NCBI GenBank assembly: GCA_037147375.1
Contig: JBAWVI010000016.1
Location: 1-13,692 of the forward strand
Source: an archaeon
Lineage (GTDB): Archaea; Iainarchaeota; Iainarchaeia; Iainarchaeales; CSSED10-239
Length of the DNA stretch: 13,692 nt
Direction: 5' to 3'
Below the pieces are notes generated by a model. It did no database searches and was not told the origin of the DNA. It worked only from the letters and a program-made list of their open reading frames with translations. This document shows, piece after piece, positions 1-7,400 of the stretch (the stretch's first letter is position 1; each line of letters opens with the position of its first letter). Made by a program: the position numbers and the translations under genes.

Positions 1-409
1 CTCCAAGTTGAAAAGGATATATATTTTTTAATTTATTTAGTTTTATATTATTTAAAAATCTTTTATAGGTTTTTGGAACTGGTTCAAAAGCATATATTTT
101 TTTAATAACAGGACTAATAAATATAGAAAAATCTCCTGCATTTGCACCCACATCTATAACAATATTTCCCGCCGTTATATTTTGTATATTATAGTAATTA
201 TAGCAATATTCAATTACCACCAAATAATCAGTATTTTTAGTTAAATTAAATTTAAGCCCATTTTTTAATTCAACGGTTTTAATTATCTTTAATTTAAAAT
301 AGGTATTAAAAAAATAAGCTACCATAAATAAATAAGGTTTTTTACATTTTTTTGGGATTGCGTAAGTTAGTTTTCTAAATGCATTTATTTTTCGGAATAT
401 TAAATTCAT
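1..409 (-). CDS. FkbM-family SAM-dependent methyltransferase, N-terminal part (ORF continues beyond the left edge of the window)
   Basis: Absent from the supplied track because no stop lies inside the window. My manual minus-strand translation from ATG 409-407 stays open to base 1: MNLIFRKINAFRKLTYAIPKKCKKPYLFMVAYFFNTYFKLKIIKTVELKNGLKFNLTKNTDYLVVIEYCYNYYNIQNITAGNIVIDVGANAGDFSIFISPVIKKIYAFEPVPKTYKRFLNNIKLNKLKNIYPFQLG. The block VIDVGANAGDFS...IYAFEPVPKTYKRFLNNI parallels DIGGYHGLYS...IYVFEPNPDSFRILKENI in ORF 2488-3378 and matches the FkbM-family SAM-binding signature. Confidence 0.6.
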   Translation of the reverse strand, partial: MNLIFRKINAFRKLTYAIPKKCKKPYLFMVAYFFNTYFKLKIIKTVELKNGLKFNLTKNTDYLVVIEYCYNYYNIQNITAGNIVIDVGANAGDFSIFISPVIKKIYAFEPVPKTYKRFLNNIKLNKLKNIYPFQLG

Positions 410-462
410 AAAATATCTTTCTTCTTTTTTGTATTAATTTTATACTCTTTCTTATCTAACAG

Positions 463-1416
463 CTATTTTCTAATCTGTTTTTGGTTTTTCAAAAACCACA
501 TATATGTTTCTTTTATTCCTTTGTCTAGATTAGTTTTGTATTTCCAACCTAGCTTGCTTAACTTTGAAACATCTAAAACTTTTCTTGGTGTTCCATCTGG
601 CTTTGTGCTATCCCAAAGGATCTTTCCTTTATACCCTACTGTCTTCTTTATTAGGTTTGCAAGCTGCTTGATTGTTATCTCTTTTCCTGTCCCAATGTTT
701 AAAAATTCTGAAGTGATTTTATTTGCATCTACTTTTTCCATAAGATAAACTATTGCATCTCCTATGTCATCTGCGTACAGGAATTCTCTTTTTGCTTTTC
801 CTGTTCCCCAAAGAGTTATTGTTTTTTCTTTGTTTATTTTTGCATTGTGGAACTTTATTATCATTGCTGGAAGAACATGACTTGAGTTTAAATTGAAGTT
901 ATCATTTATCCCATAGAGGTTGCATGGCATTACTGATAAATAATTTGTATTGTATTGCTTATTATAAGAGGAACAGAGCTTTATTGCCCCAATCTTTGCA
1001 ATTGCATATGCCTCATTTGTTTTTTCTAGAGGAGAGGTTAGTAGGTATTCTTCTTTTATTGGTTGGGGTGCAAGTCTTGGGTAGATGCATGATGATCCAG
1101 GGTTAACTAGTTTTTTAACTTTGTATTTATAACTTGAATTAATAAGATTAAATGTTATCATTGTATTATTGTAAATGAATTCTGCGGGTTTATTTGAGTT
1201 TTCCATTATTCCTCCAACCTTTCCTGCAGCAATGAACACATATTCTGGTCTTTCTTTCTCGAAAAAGTTATCTACTTCTTGTTGATTTTCTAAATCTAGT
1301 TTCTTGTGTGTTTTTGTTAGGATGTTTGTATATCCTTTCTTTTCTAGGGTTCTAACAATTGCACTTCCAAGTAATCCTTTATGTCCAGAAACATATATTT
1401 TTGATTTCTTGTTCAT
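463..1416 (-). CDS. fcl: GDP-L-fucose synthase (GDP-4-keto-6-deoxymannose 3,5-epimerase/4-reductase)
   Basis: 317 aa. Contains an N-terminal Rossmann motif (VSGHKGLLGSAIV), GSSCIYP, a catalytic YxxxK (YAIAK), SVMPCNLYG and KPDGTPRKVLDVSKL. It is colinear by eye with E. coli Fcl/WcaG as I recall it. It lies 10 nt downstream of gmd on the same strand. Confidence 0.93.
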   Translation of the reverse strand: MNKKSKIYVSGHKGLLGSAIVRTLEKKGYTNILTKTHKKLDLENQQEVDNFFEKERPEYVFIAAGKVGGIMENSNKPAEFIYNNTMITFNLINSSYKYKVKKLVNPGSSCIYPRLAPQPIKEEYLLTSPLEKTNEAYAIAKIGAIKLCSSYNKQYNTNYLSVMPCNLYGINDNFNLNSSHVLPAMIIKFHNAKINKEKTITLWGTGKAKREFLYADDIGDAIVYLMEKVDANKITSEFLNIGTGKEITIKQLANLIKKTVGYKGKILWDSTKPDGTPRKVLDVSKLSKLGWKYKTNLDKGIKETYMWFLKNQKQIRK

Positions 1417-1426
1417 AGTTTTACCT

Positions 1427-2461
1427 TTATTTCTTTAATTCTTCTAAATCTGATTCTATCATTATCTTAACTAATTCCTTGAATTTTGTTTTTGCACTCC
1501 ATCCAAGAATTTCTTTTGCTTTTGTTGGATCTCCAAGTAACATATCTACTTCTGTTGGTCTGAAGTAGTTTTTGTCTATTCTAATTATTACTTTTTTTGT
1601 TTTCTTGTTTATTCCAACTTCTTTTACTCCTGTTCCCTTCCATTCTATGTCAATTTTTAGATGCTTACAGGATTCTTGAATAAACTCTCTTACTGAATGA
1701 GTTTCTCCTGTTGCAATAATAAAGTCTTCTGGGTTCTTTTGTTGTAACATTAGCCACATTGCTTCAACGTAATCCTTTGCATAACCCCAATCTCTTTTTG
1801 CATCTATGTTTCCAACATATAAGCATTTTTGTAAACCTAGGTTTATTTTACAAAGTGCTTTTGTTACTTTTTTTGTAACAAATGTCTCACCACGTCTTGG
1901 TGATTCGTGATTGAAAAGTATACCGTTTACTGCAAAGATGTTATATGCTTCTTTATAATTTTTAATTATCCAATAAGAGTATAACTTAGCTACTCCGTAT
2001 GGGCTTCTTGGATAAAATGGAGTTGTTTCTTTTTGTGGTGTTTCAACAACTTTACCAAATAACTCAGATGTTGATGCTTGATATAATTTGGTTTTTTTTT
2101 CAAGACCAAGCAATCTAATTGCTTCAAGTAATCTTAATACTCCTAGACCATCTGTGTTTGCTGTGTATTCTGGAGTTTCAAATGAAACTAGAACATGGCT
2201 TTGTGCTCCTAAATTGTATATTTCATCTGGTTTTATTTTCTGAACAAGTCTTATAATATTTGTTGAATCTGTTAAATCTCCATAATGAAGTATGAATTTC
2301 CTTTTCTCATGTGGGTCCTTATAAAGATGATCTATTCTTCCTGTGTTAAAAGAACTTGATCTTCTAATTAGTCCATGAACAATATAGCCCTTTTTTAATA
2401 ATAATTCAGCAAGATAAGAACCATCTTGTCCTGTAATACCAGTAATAAGTGCTTTTTTCAT
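1427..2461 (-). CDS. gmd: GDP-mannose 4,6-dehydratase
   Basis: 344 aa. Hallmark Gmd motifs are present: [54 protein letters not shown] (YxxxK) and [15 protein letters not shown]. Confidence 0.95.
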   Translation of the reverse strand: MKKALITGITGQDGSYLAELLLKKGYIVHGLIRRSSSFNTGRIDHLYKDPHEKRKFILHYGDLTDSTNIIRLVQKIKPDEIYNLGAQSHVLVSFETPEYTANTDGLGVLRLLEAIRLLGLEKKTKLYQASTSELFGKVVETPQKETTPFYPRSPYGVAKLYSYWIIKNYKEAYNIFAVNGILFNHESPRRGETFVTKKVTKALCKINLGLQKCLYVGNIDAKRDWGYAKDYVEAMWLMLQQKNPEDFIIATGETHSVREFIQESCKHLKIDIEWKGTGVKEVGINKKTKKVIIRIDKNYFRPTEVDMLLGDPTKAKEILGWSAKTKFKELVKIMIESDLEELKK

Positions 2462-2487
2462 AATTATTTATATATAACAAATAGTAT

Positions 2488-3378
2488 TTAATTATTTGGA
2501 TTGTAGGATTTTGCTTGAGCATAAGTTATCTTATGCTCTCCTGTTCTTGTTTTTGTTTTGTAACCTATTTCATTCAGGTTCTTTTCTACTGTCACCTGAG
2601 TGTCTGACCCTAGGTCTTTCCTATAATGGTATGTTGCTATTGCTATGCTTGGTTTTTGTGCTAATCTAATGTGCTTTATGTCTTCTGTTATCTCTACCTC
2701 GCTTCCTTCTGCATCCATCTTTATGAAGTCTATCTTGTTTATGTGGTTTGTTCTTATAAACTCTGAAAGGGTGATTGCCTGGACTGTGATAAGAGAATCT
2801 TTTGTGTTTGTTTTAAAACTTCTTGCAACTATTCTTGATCCTGCTTTCTTCTTGAAGAATCTAAATGGTCCTGACTTGTTGTAAACTGCTTTATTGATTG
2901 AAATTATGTTCTTTATGTTGTTTTCTTGTATGTTTTCTTTTAATATCCTAAAGCTGTCTGGATTTGGCTCGAAGACATATATTTTTCCTGATGGACCTAC
3001 TGCTCTTGAGATTGCTATTGAATAAAGACCATGATACCCACCAATATCTATGACTATATCTCCTTCCTTGATGTTGTAGTGTTTGTTGTATGCTTCTATT
3101 GAATGATTAATGTCATATATCATCTTTATATCTGTTTTTACTACGTATTCTCCAAAGTTTATTATGAAGTTTGTGGTTGTGTCTATGTTGCTGTGAATTG
3201 ATTGCTTGAAGATCTCTTTAAACACTCTTGTTCCAAGCTTGATTTTCTTGAAATCTGTTTTGATTGTTTTATTATTTTTTGTAAGATAGATGTAATTGTC
3301 TATGTCTATCTTGTAATCTATTCCGTTTATAGTTAATAGAAGTTTATTCCAAAATGATAAAGTTAGTTTTGTGTCCAT
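2488..3378 (-). CDS. FkbM-family SAM-dependent methyltransferase
   Basis: 296 aa. Contains VIDIGGYHGLYSIAISRAVGPSGKIYVFEPNPDSFRILKENI (SAM-binding block) and FIKMDAEGSEVEI (the conserved second FkbM block). It lies 26 nt upstream of gmd on the same strand. Confidence 0.8.
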   Translation of the reverse strand: MDTKLTLSFWNKLLLTINGIDYKIDIDNYIYLTKNNKTIKTDFKKIKLGTRVFKEIFKQSIHSNIDTTTNFIINFGEYVVKTDIKMIYDINHSIEAYNKHYNIKEGDIVIDIGGYHGLYSIAISRAVGPSGKIYVFEPNPDSFRILKENIQENNIKNIISINKAVYNKSGPFRFFKKKAGSRIVARSFKTNTKDSLITVQAITLSEFIRTNHINKIDFIKMDAEGSEVEITEDIKHIRLAQKPSIAIATYHYRKDLGSDTQVTVEKNLNEIGYKTKTRTGEHKITYAQAKSYNPNN

Positions 3379-3398
3379 AATGATTGCTGCTTTTAGTT

Positions 3399-4895
3399 TT
3401 ATTTAGGTTTAACATAAATAGTTATATTCTTTTTTATATCTAGATATTCATTATCTCTGTAAGGGTGTTTGTAACTTATTTTTAACACACATGCTCTTGA
3501 TGTGTTTATTACTGTTGGGCCTTGAAGAAGATCAATTATCTTAACATTTATTAAAGCAGTTTGATCTGATCCTGCAAGGATTTTCATTGTTTTATAAACA
3601 TCTGCTACATATATGAAATTATTACAATCTATTTTATCTCCACCGTTTTCAATTGTAATTCCAACAACATCTATGTTTATTGGATTGTTGTTTGTTAGTT
3701 TTAGGTTTAGATATTCTTCTGTAGTTGTGTTTAGGTTTTCATCATAAACAAGATTTACTGTTTCTTTACTTAGTGTTCCTGTAAACTTAATTAAAGGTTC
3801 TTTTATTTCAATCTCTATTTGGAAATTTTGATCCTTTGTAAATGAGCTTGATCTTACGTAAAGAGTTCCTGTTATTGTGTCTGCTTTTGCACTAGCAGGA
3901 ATAATTAGACCAATTAGTTCATCCTTTATCTCTTTCTTATCAACCATTGTTTGATTTGCAGGTATATTAAACCAGCTAGTAACATCTCCGTTGTTACTTG
4001 AGTTAACATCTATTTCATATGTTATATCATTAATTATTACATTGTTCTTTGAATTGTTTATTTTACAAGTGAAGGTCTTTGATTCTCCGCTTGTGAGTGT
4101 GGTTTTCATGCTTGTTAAGGTAACTGTAATTTCAGGTTCCTTTAGAACATTTGTGGTTGTGGTTTTTCTATCAAGCTTGTACTTTATACTTACTCCAAGT
4201 GATTGCTTATCTCCTACCTTTGCAGTTTTTGGAAGTCTGAAACTAAAAATTACATTTTGCTTAGTTTGAGCACCAATTCTAAAAAGAGATTTGTCTTGGG
4301 CAACGTTATCAATATCAACTATTTGAAAATCATTAATATCTTTAATTATTCCTTCAAATTTTAGATTATCTAGATTATAATCTGTTGTTGGGCTTGTGTT
4401 TTCAAGAGATACATTAAGTTGTAATTCTTGTCCTGCAAACACTTGTGCAGGTGCTGTTACATCAGTAATCTTAAGCTTAATGTTTTTTTCAAGAACTACT
4501 GATTCTGTTGTGTCTGTTTTTACTGTTATGGTTCCTTTCTTAGAAGAATAATCTTTATTTTGTGCACTATACCAATATGTTCCTTTTGTTAATTTAATTC
4601 CTTCTCTTGCAGTTGTTTTTTCTAAGTTTCCAAGCATGCTCTCATCTTTTGAGATTAAGATGCTTGCGGGAATTGCTTGTCCTTCTGTGTTCTTAGTATC
4701 AAAGGTGACAACTGCATTATTAAAAAATAAGAAATATACAATGACACATATAATTCCAATAACAATTAACCAAGTTATTGTGTTTTTAATTAACTTACTA
4801 TTCTTTCCTTGGTTTTGTGATCCTGAGTAATCTCTATCATCTCTATCCCTATCTCTATCTCCAGAGCCTCCTCCAAATGGATCATAATTACTCAT
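3399..4895 (-). CDS. Membrane-anchored protein: Asp/Arg-rich N-terminal tail, one TM helix, large beta-rich ectodomain (PEGA-like plus about three CARDB-like modules); function unknown
   Basis: 498 aa. The N-terminus GGGSGDRDRDRDDRDYSGS is low-complexity, and residues ~39-58 (ITWLIVIGIICVIVYFLFF) form the only hydrophobic helix. The rest is beta-strand-like with a recurring pattern, e.g. AGQELQLNVSLENTS, SGESKTFTCKINNS and EEYLNLKLTNNNPINIDV. No enzymatic motif is recognised. The coding call is solid because the ORF is long and tightly packed in the operon. The domain names are inference only. Confidence 0.6.
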   Translation of the reverse strand: MSNYDPFGGGSGDRDRDRDDRDYSGSQNQGKNSKLIKNTITWLIVIGIICVIVYFLFFNNAVVTFDTKNTEGQAIPASILISKDESMLGNLEKTTAREGIKLTKGTYWYSAQNKDYSSKKGTITVKTDTTESVVLEKNIKLKITDVTAPAQVFAGQELQLNVSLENTSPTTDYNLDNLKFEGIIKDINDFQIVDIDNVAQDKSLFRIGAQTKQNVIFSFRLPKTAKVGDKQSLGVSIKYKLDRKTTTTNVLKEPEITVTLTSMKTTLTSGESKTFTCKINNSKNNVIINDITYEIDVNSSNNGDVTSWFNIPANQTMVDKKEIKDELIGLIIPASAKADTITGTLYVRSSSFTKDQNFQIEIEIKEPLIKFTGTLSKETVNLVYDENLNTTTEEYLNLKLTNNNPINIDVVGITIENGGDKIDCNNFIYVADVYKTMKILAGSDQTALINVKIIDLLQGPTVINTSRACVLKISYKHPYRDNEYLDIKKNITIYVKPK

Positions 4896-4920
4896 AATAG
4901 TTCTTTTCCTAGCCTTTTAA

Positions 4921-5766
4921 TTATTGTTTCTTTAGTTCATGACTTGCTTTAGTTAAAGCATACCTTGTTGTTAATAATTCATCTTTAAGTTCTTTAATTA
5001 ATTCAAGTGCTATCTTTTCTTTCTCAAGCTGAGCATTATCAAGATGTGTTATATCGTTATTAAGTTGCTTAATGTTTCTATAAATGTTTGCAAGTTCCTG
5101 TTCAAGATGAACTATATGTATCTTAAGTAAGGTTTGATTTTGCTCAGTTGCTTTGGTTTTAGAAAGAAGCTCAGATTCAAGATTAGAAATCTTAGATACA
5201 GTCATCTTCTCTTTAGCTTCAAGCCATCTATATTCTTCAACTTGTTTATTAAGTTGTAAGATCTTATTATCCTTTTGAGAAACAAGATTCATTAATTGTT
5301 CACTAGATCTTCTTTGTGCTCCAATATCTATGTATTTACTTTCTATTGTTTTTTTAGCTATTTCTAGATATTGAATAAATATGTTTAATTCGTTTTTAAC
5401 TTCTTCTTCAAGATCATAATATCCTTGAGGTCTAGTTATTGCTTCTTTAATGTTAAGTAAATCATTAGTTATTTCTTTTTTATTAAGTTCTAGAAATAAG
5501 TGCTTATTTACTTTATTTGCTAATATTAAGAAGTTTTGATGAAATATATCTAACTTCTTAGGATTAAGCTCAGAAACATATTGAAGATGTGCTTCTCTGT
5601 TTGTTTCAAATATATCTTTTGCAAGTGTTTCAAGTGATGCTTTAAGTAAGCTTAATGTTTTTATAATTTCTGTTTTTTCAAGAGTGTGAAGAGGATAATT
5701 TATAACTCTATAACATTCTCTTGTTTTAGATAATAATAAATCAATTTTAGTATATATGTCATCCAT
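4921..5766 (-). CDS. Coiled-coil protein of unknown function (first gene of the minus-strand operon)
   Basis: 281 aa, with no TM segment or signal sequence. The C-terminal ~130 residues are heptad-like and rich in L/E/K/Q (LQLNKQVEEYRWLEAKEKM...LEQELANIYRNIKQLNNDITHLDNAQLEKEKIALELIKELKDEL). I recognise no family. Confidence 0.55.
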   Translation of the reverse strand: MDDIYTKIDLLLSKTRECYRVINYPLHTLEKTEIIKTLSLLKASLETLAKDIFETNREAHLQYVSELNPKKLDIFHQNFLILANKVNKHLFLELNKKEITNDLLNIKEAITRPQGYYDLEEEVKNELNIFIQYLEIAKKTIESKYIDIGAQRRSSEQLMNLVSQKDNKILQLNKQVEEYRWLEAKEKMTVSKISNLESELLSKTKATEQNQTLLKIHIVHLEQELANIYRNIKQLNNDITHLDNAQLEKEKIALELIKELKDELLTTRYALTKASHELKKQ

Positions 5767-5908
5767 TTTTAATCATTATTTTTAGTTATATATATTAATT
5801 TACTTAATATATAATATACTGTTACATTTAATAATTTTTGTATTTATAGTATATAATAGGAATAAAGAGTTTATAATTATTAGTGTAGAATAAGAAAGGT
5901 GATTAATT
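5767..5908. promoter_or_regulatory. Divergent promoter region between the surface operon (minus) and rbr-dfx (plus)
   Basis: 142-nt spacer that is almost pure A/T, with several TATA-like boxes (e.g. TTTATAGTATATAATA, GTTTATAATTATT). A perfect 10-5-10 inverted repeat TATATATTAA-TTTAC-TTAATATATA lies at 5789-5813. An AGGTGAT Shine-Dalgarno motif at 5897-5903 sits 5 nt before the rbr ATG. Confidence 0.5.
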
Positions 5909-6493
5909 ATGAATGAGACTATTAAGAATTTAACAAAAGCATTTATTGGAGAATCAATGGCAAGGAATAGATATACTTTCTTTGCAAGAATTGCTCAAAA
6001 GGAAGGATTTGAACAAATTTCAAATATATTTTTAGAAACTGCTGAGCAAGAAAGAGAGCATGCTAATAATCTATATAAATTAATTAACGAGCTTAAAAAG
6101 AAAGAAGGAAAGAAGATAGATTCAATTGTAGTTGAATCTGAAGCTGGTGTTGTTTATGGAGATACTATTGAAAACCTAAAAGCATCAATTGCTGGAGAAA
6201 ATTATGAACATACAACAATGTATCCTGAGTTTGCTAGTATTGCTGAAAAGGAAGGGTTTCCTGAAATTGCAAAGAAATTAAGAGCAATTGGGGTTGCAGA
6301 AACTCATCACGAAGAAAGATATGTAAAATTATTAAAAGAAGTTGAAAATAGTACTGTATTTAAGAAAACAAATAAAGTTTATTGGATTTGTATTAAATGT
6401 GGATATATGGAAGAAGGAACAGAACCACCAAAAGAATGCCCATCATGTGGTCATGCAACTTCATTTTTCCAAGTACAATCAGAGAACTATTAA
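5909..6493 (+). CDS. rbr: Rubrerythrin
   Basis: 194 aa. Contains [13 protein letters not shown] and two ExxH diiron motifs (EQEREH, AETHHEE). A C-terminal rubredoxin-like CxxC-x12-CxxC ([21 protein letters not shown]) is present. Confidence 0.93.
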   Translation: MNETIKNLTKAFIGESMARNRYTFFARIAQKEGFEQISNIFLETAEQEREHANNLYKLINELKKKEGKKIDSIVVESEAGVVYGDTIENLKASIAGENYEHTTMYPEFASIAEKEGFPEIAKKLRAIGVAETHHEERYVKLLKEVENSTVFKKTNKVYWICIKCGYMEEGTEPPKECPSCGHATSFFQVQSENY

Positions 6494-6523
6494 ATTAAGT
6501 AAAAAAGAGGAGATGAAAGAATT

Positions 6524-6925
6524 ATGACAAAGGTTGGAGAGAAATATAAATGTTCAATTTGTGGTAATTTTATAGAAGTTAAAGAAGCTGGGGGAGGAAC
6601 CTTAGTTTGTTGTGGTAAGCCAATGAATCTACAAGGAGATGATGGAGTAAACCCTACTGGTGACGAGCAAAAGCATGCTCCAGTTATTGAGATTAAGGGA
6701 AATAAAGAAATCTATGTTAAGATTGGAGAAGTAGAACATCCAATGACTCCAGAACACTATATACAATGGATAGAGATTAACGTAGATGGTTCAATGTATG
6801 TTAAGAGTATGAATCCATGGGATAAGCCAGAAACTACATTTAAGATTCCAATTGGAAGAAAGATAATTGCAAGAGCAAAATGTAATATACATGGTGTTTG
6901 GAAAACAGTTTATAATGGTCAATAA
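6524..6925 (+). CDS. dfx: Desulfoferrodoxin (2Fe superoxide reductase)
   Basis: 133 aa. The N-terminal desulforedoxin-like centre I cysteines are present (KCSICGN...LVCCGKPM). The C-terminal centre II ligands are present (KHAPVIE, EHPMTPEHYIQWIE, CNIHG). Colinear by eye with Desulfovibrio Dfx as I recall it. Confidence 0.93.
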   Translation: MTKVGEKYKCSICGNFIEVKEAGGGTLVCCGKPMNLQGDDGVNPTGDEQKHAPVIEIKGNKEIYVKIGEVEHPMTPEHYIQWIEINVDGSMYVKSMNPWDKPETTFKIPIGRKIIARAKCNIHGVWKTVYNGQ

Positions 6926-6953
6926 ATCTTGACCATTAATTTCTTATTTTTTT
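6914..6953 (+). terminator. Hairpin plus oligo-T terminator of rbr-dfx
   Basis: AATGGTCAA (6914-6922) and TTGACCATT (6929-6937) form a perfect 9-bp stem. The 6-nt loop TAAATC contains the dfx stop codon. A T-rich run TATTTTTTT follows at 6945-6953, and then a 167-nt AT-rich spacer. Confidence 0.5.
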
Positions 6954-7092
6954 CTACTAATAATAAAAAATTATTTATTAATGTTATATTTGTTGGACAC
7001 TAATTTTAGTAAATAATTTTTTTTAAAAACAATCAATTTATATATCTTTTCATATACTTATTATATATTTATAAATAACTAAAAGGTATCAA

Positions 7093-7398
7093 TTGATGAT
7101 TATGAAAAAAAATATTTTAAAAGATGATGTAAGATATCCGAATCTAAGTACTGTACTTATGATAGAAAATTACTTGAGAGAACATAAGGATATGCCAACT
7201 AAAATGTCAATCTTAAAAGAAAAGCTTCCAAAGAAGATGATGCATAATACCCTAAAAATTGCTTTAGATTATCTTTACATTAGCGGAAAGATAATTTATG
7301 GCCCAAAAGGTTTTCAATGGACCTATGAAGAACCAAAAGAAATTAAAAGTTTTTTAAAAGATTCTTATGAATTTAAATATGATGCAAAAAAAAGATAA
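7093..7398 (+). CDS. Small winged-helix-like protein of unknown function, coupled to ogg
   Basis: 101 aa in the track, which uses a TTG start. The real start is more likely ATG 7096 or 7102. The helix-turn-helix-plus-wing pattern (MSILKEKLPKKMMHNTLKIALDYLYISGKIIYGPKGFQW) is an inference. Stop TAA is at 7396-7398 and the ogg ATG is at 7401, a 2-nt gap. Confidence 0.5.
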   Translation: MMIMKKNILKDDVRYPNLSTVLMIENYLREHKDMPTKMSILKEKLPKKMMHNTLKIALDYLYISGKIIYGPKGFQWTYEEPKEIKSFLKDSYEFKYDAKKR

Positions 7399-7400
7399 TT

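Noticed and set aside
521-1106. Track ORFs 521-748 (+) and 924-1106 (+)
   Set aside because: Both lie entirely antisense within the well-supported fcl gene. Their products are low-complexity and hydrophobic with no recognisable motifs. They are typical shadow ORFs of an AT-rich coding region.
2645-2884. Track ORF 2645-2884 (+)
   Set aside because: Antisense shadow ORF inside the FkbM methyltransferase gene. It has no motif, no SD and no promoter-like sequence.
3991-4830. Track ORFs 3991-4269 (+) and 4636-4830 (+)
   Set aside because: Antisense shadow ORFs inside the 498-aa membrane-protein gene, with Phe/Leu/Val-rich artefactual composition.
4830-4859. CTCTAT-like repeat encoding DRDRDRDDRD as a phase-variation (slippage) switch
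   Set aside because: The repeat is imperfect and its period is a multiple of three. Slippage would change the tail length but not the frame, so there is no evidence for on/off switching.
6342-6527. Track ORF 6342-6527 (+), overlapping the rbr 3' end and the rbr-dfx spacer
   Set aside because: It is an alternative frame of the rubredoxin-like C-terminus of rbr, whose CxxC motifs clearly define the real frame. It ends inside the dfx start region and has no independent support.
7093-7095. TTG start codons used by the track for ORFs 7093, 10132 and 10699
   Set aside because: For 7093 and 10699, in-frame ATGs follow within 3-9 nt and are the more likely starts, so the leading M of MMIM is probably not real. 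For 10132 there is no nearby ATG, which is why that ORF is flagged as a possible remnant.
7093-7105. TGATGA motifs at 7095 and 10701 as possible C boxes of C/D-box sRNAs
   Set aside because: No CUGA D or D' box at the required spacing on either locus. The first position is U rather than a purine. The motif is explained by the start-codon region TTG-ATG-ATT-ATG.
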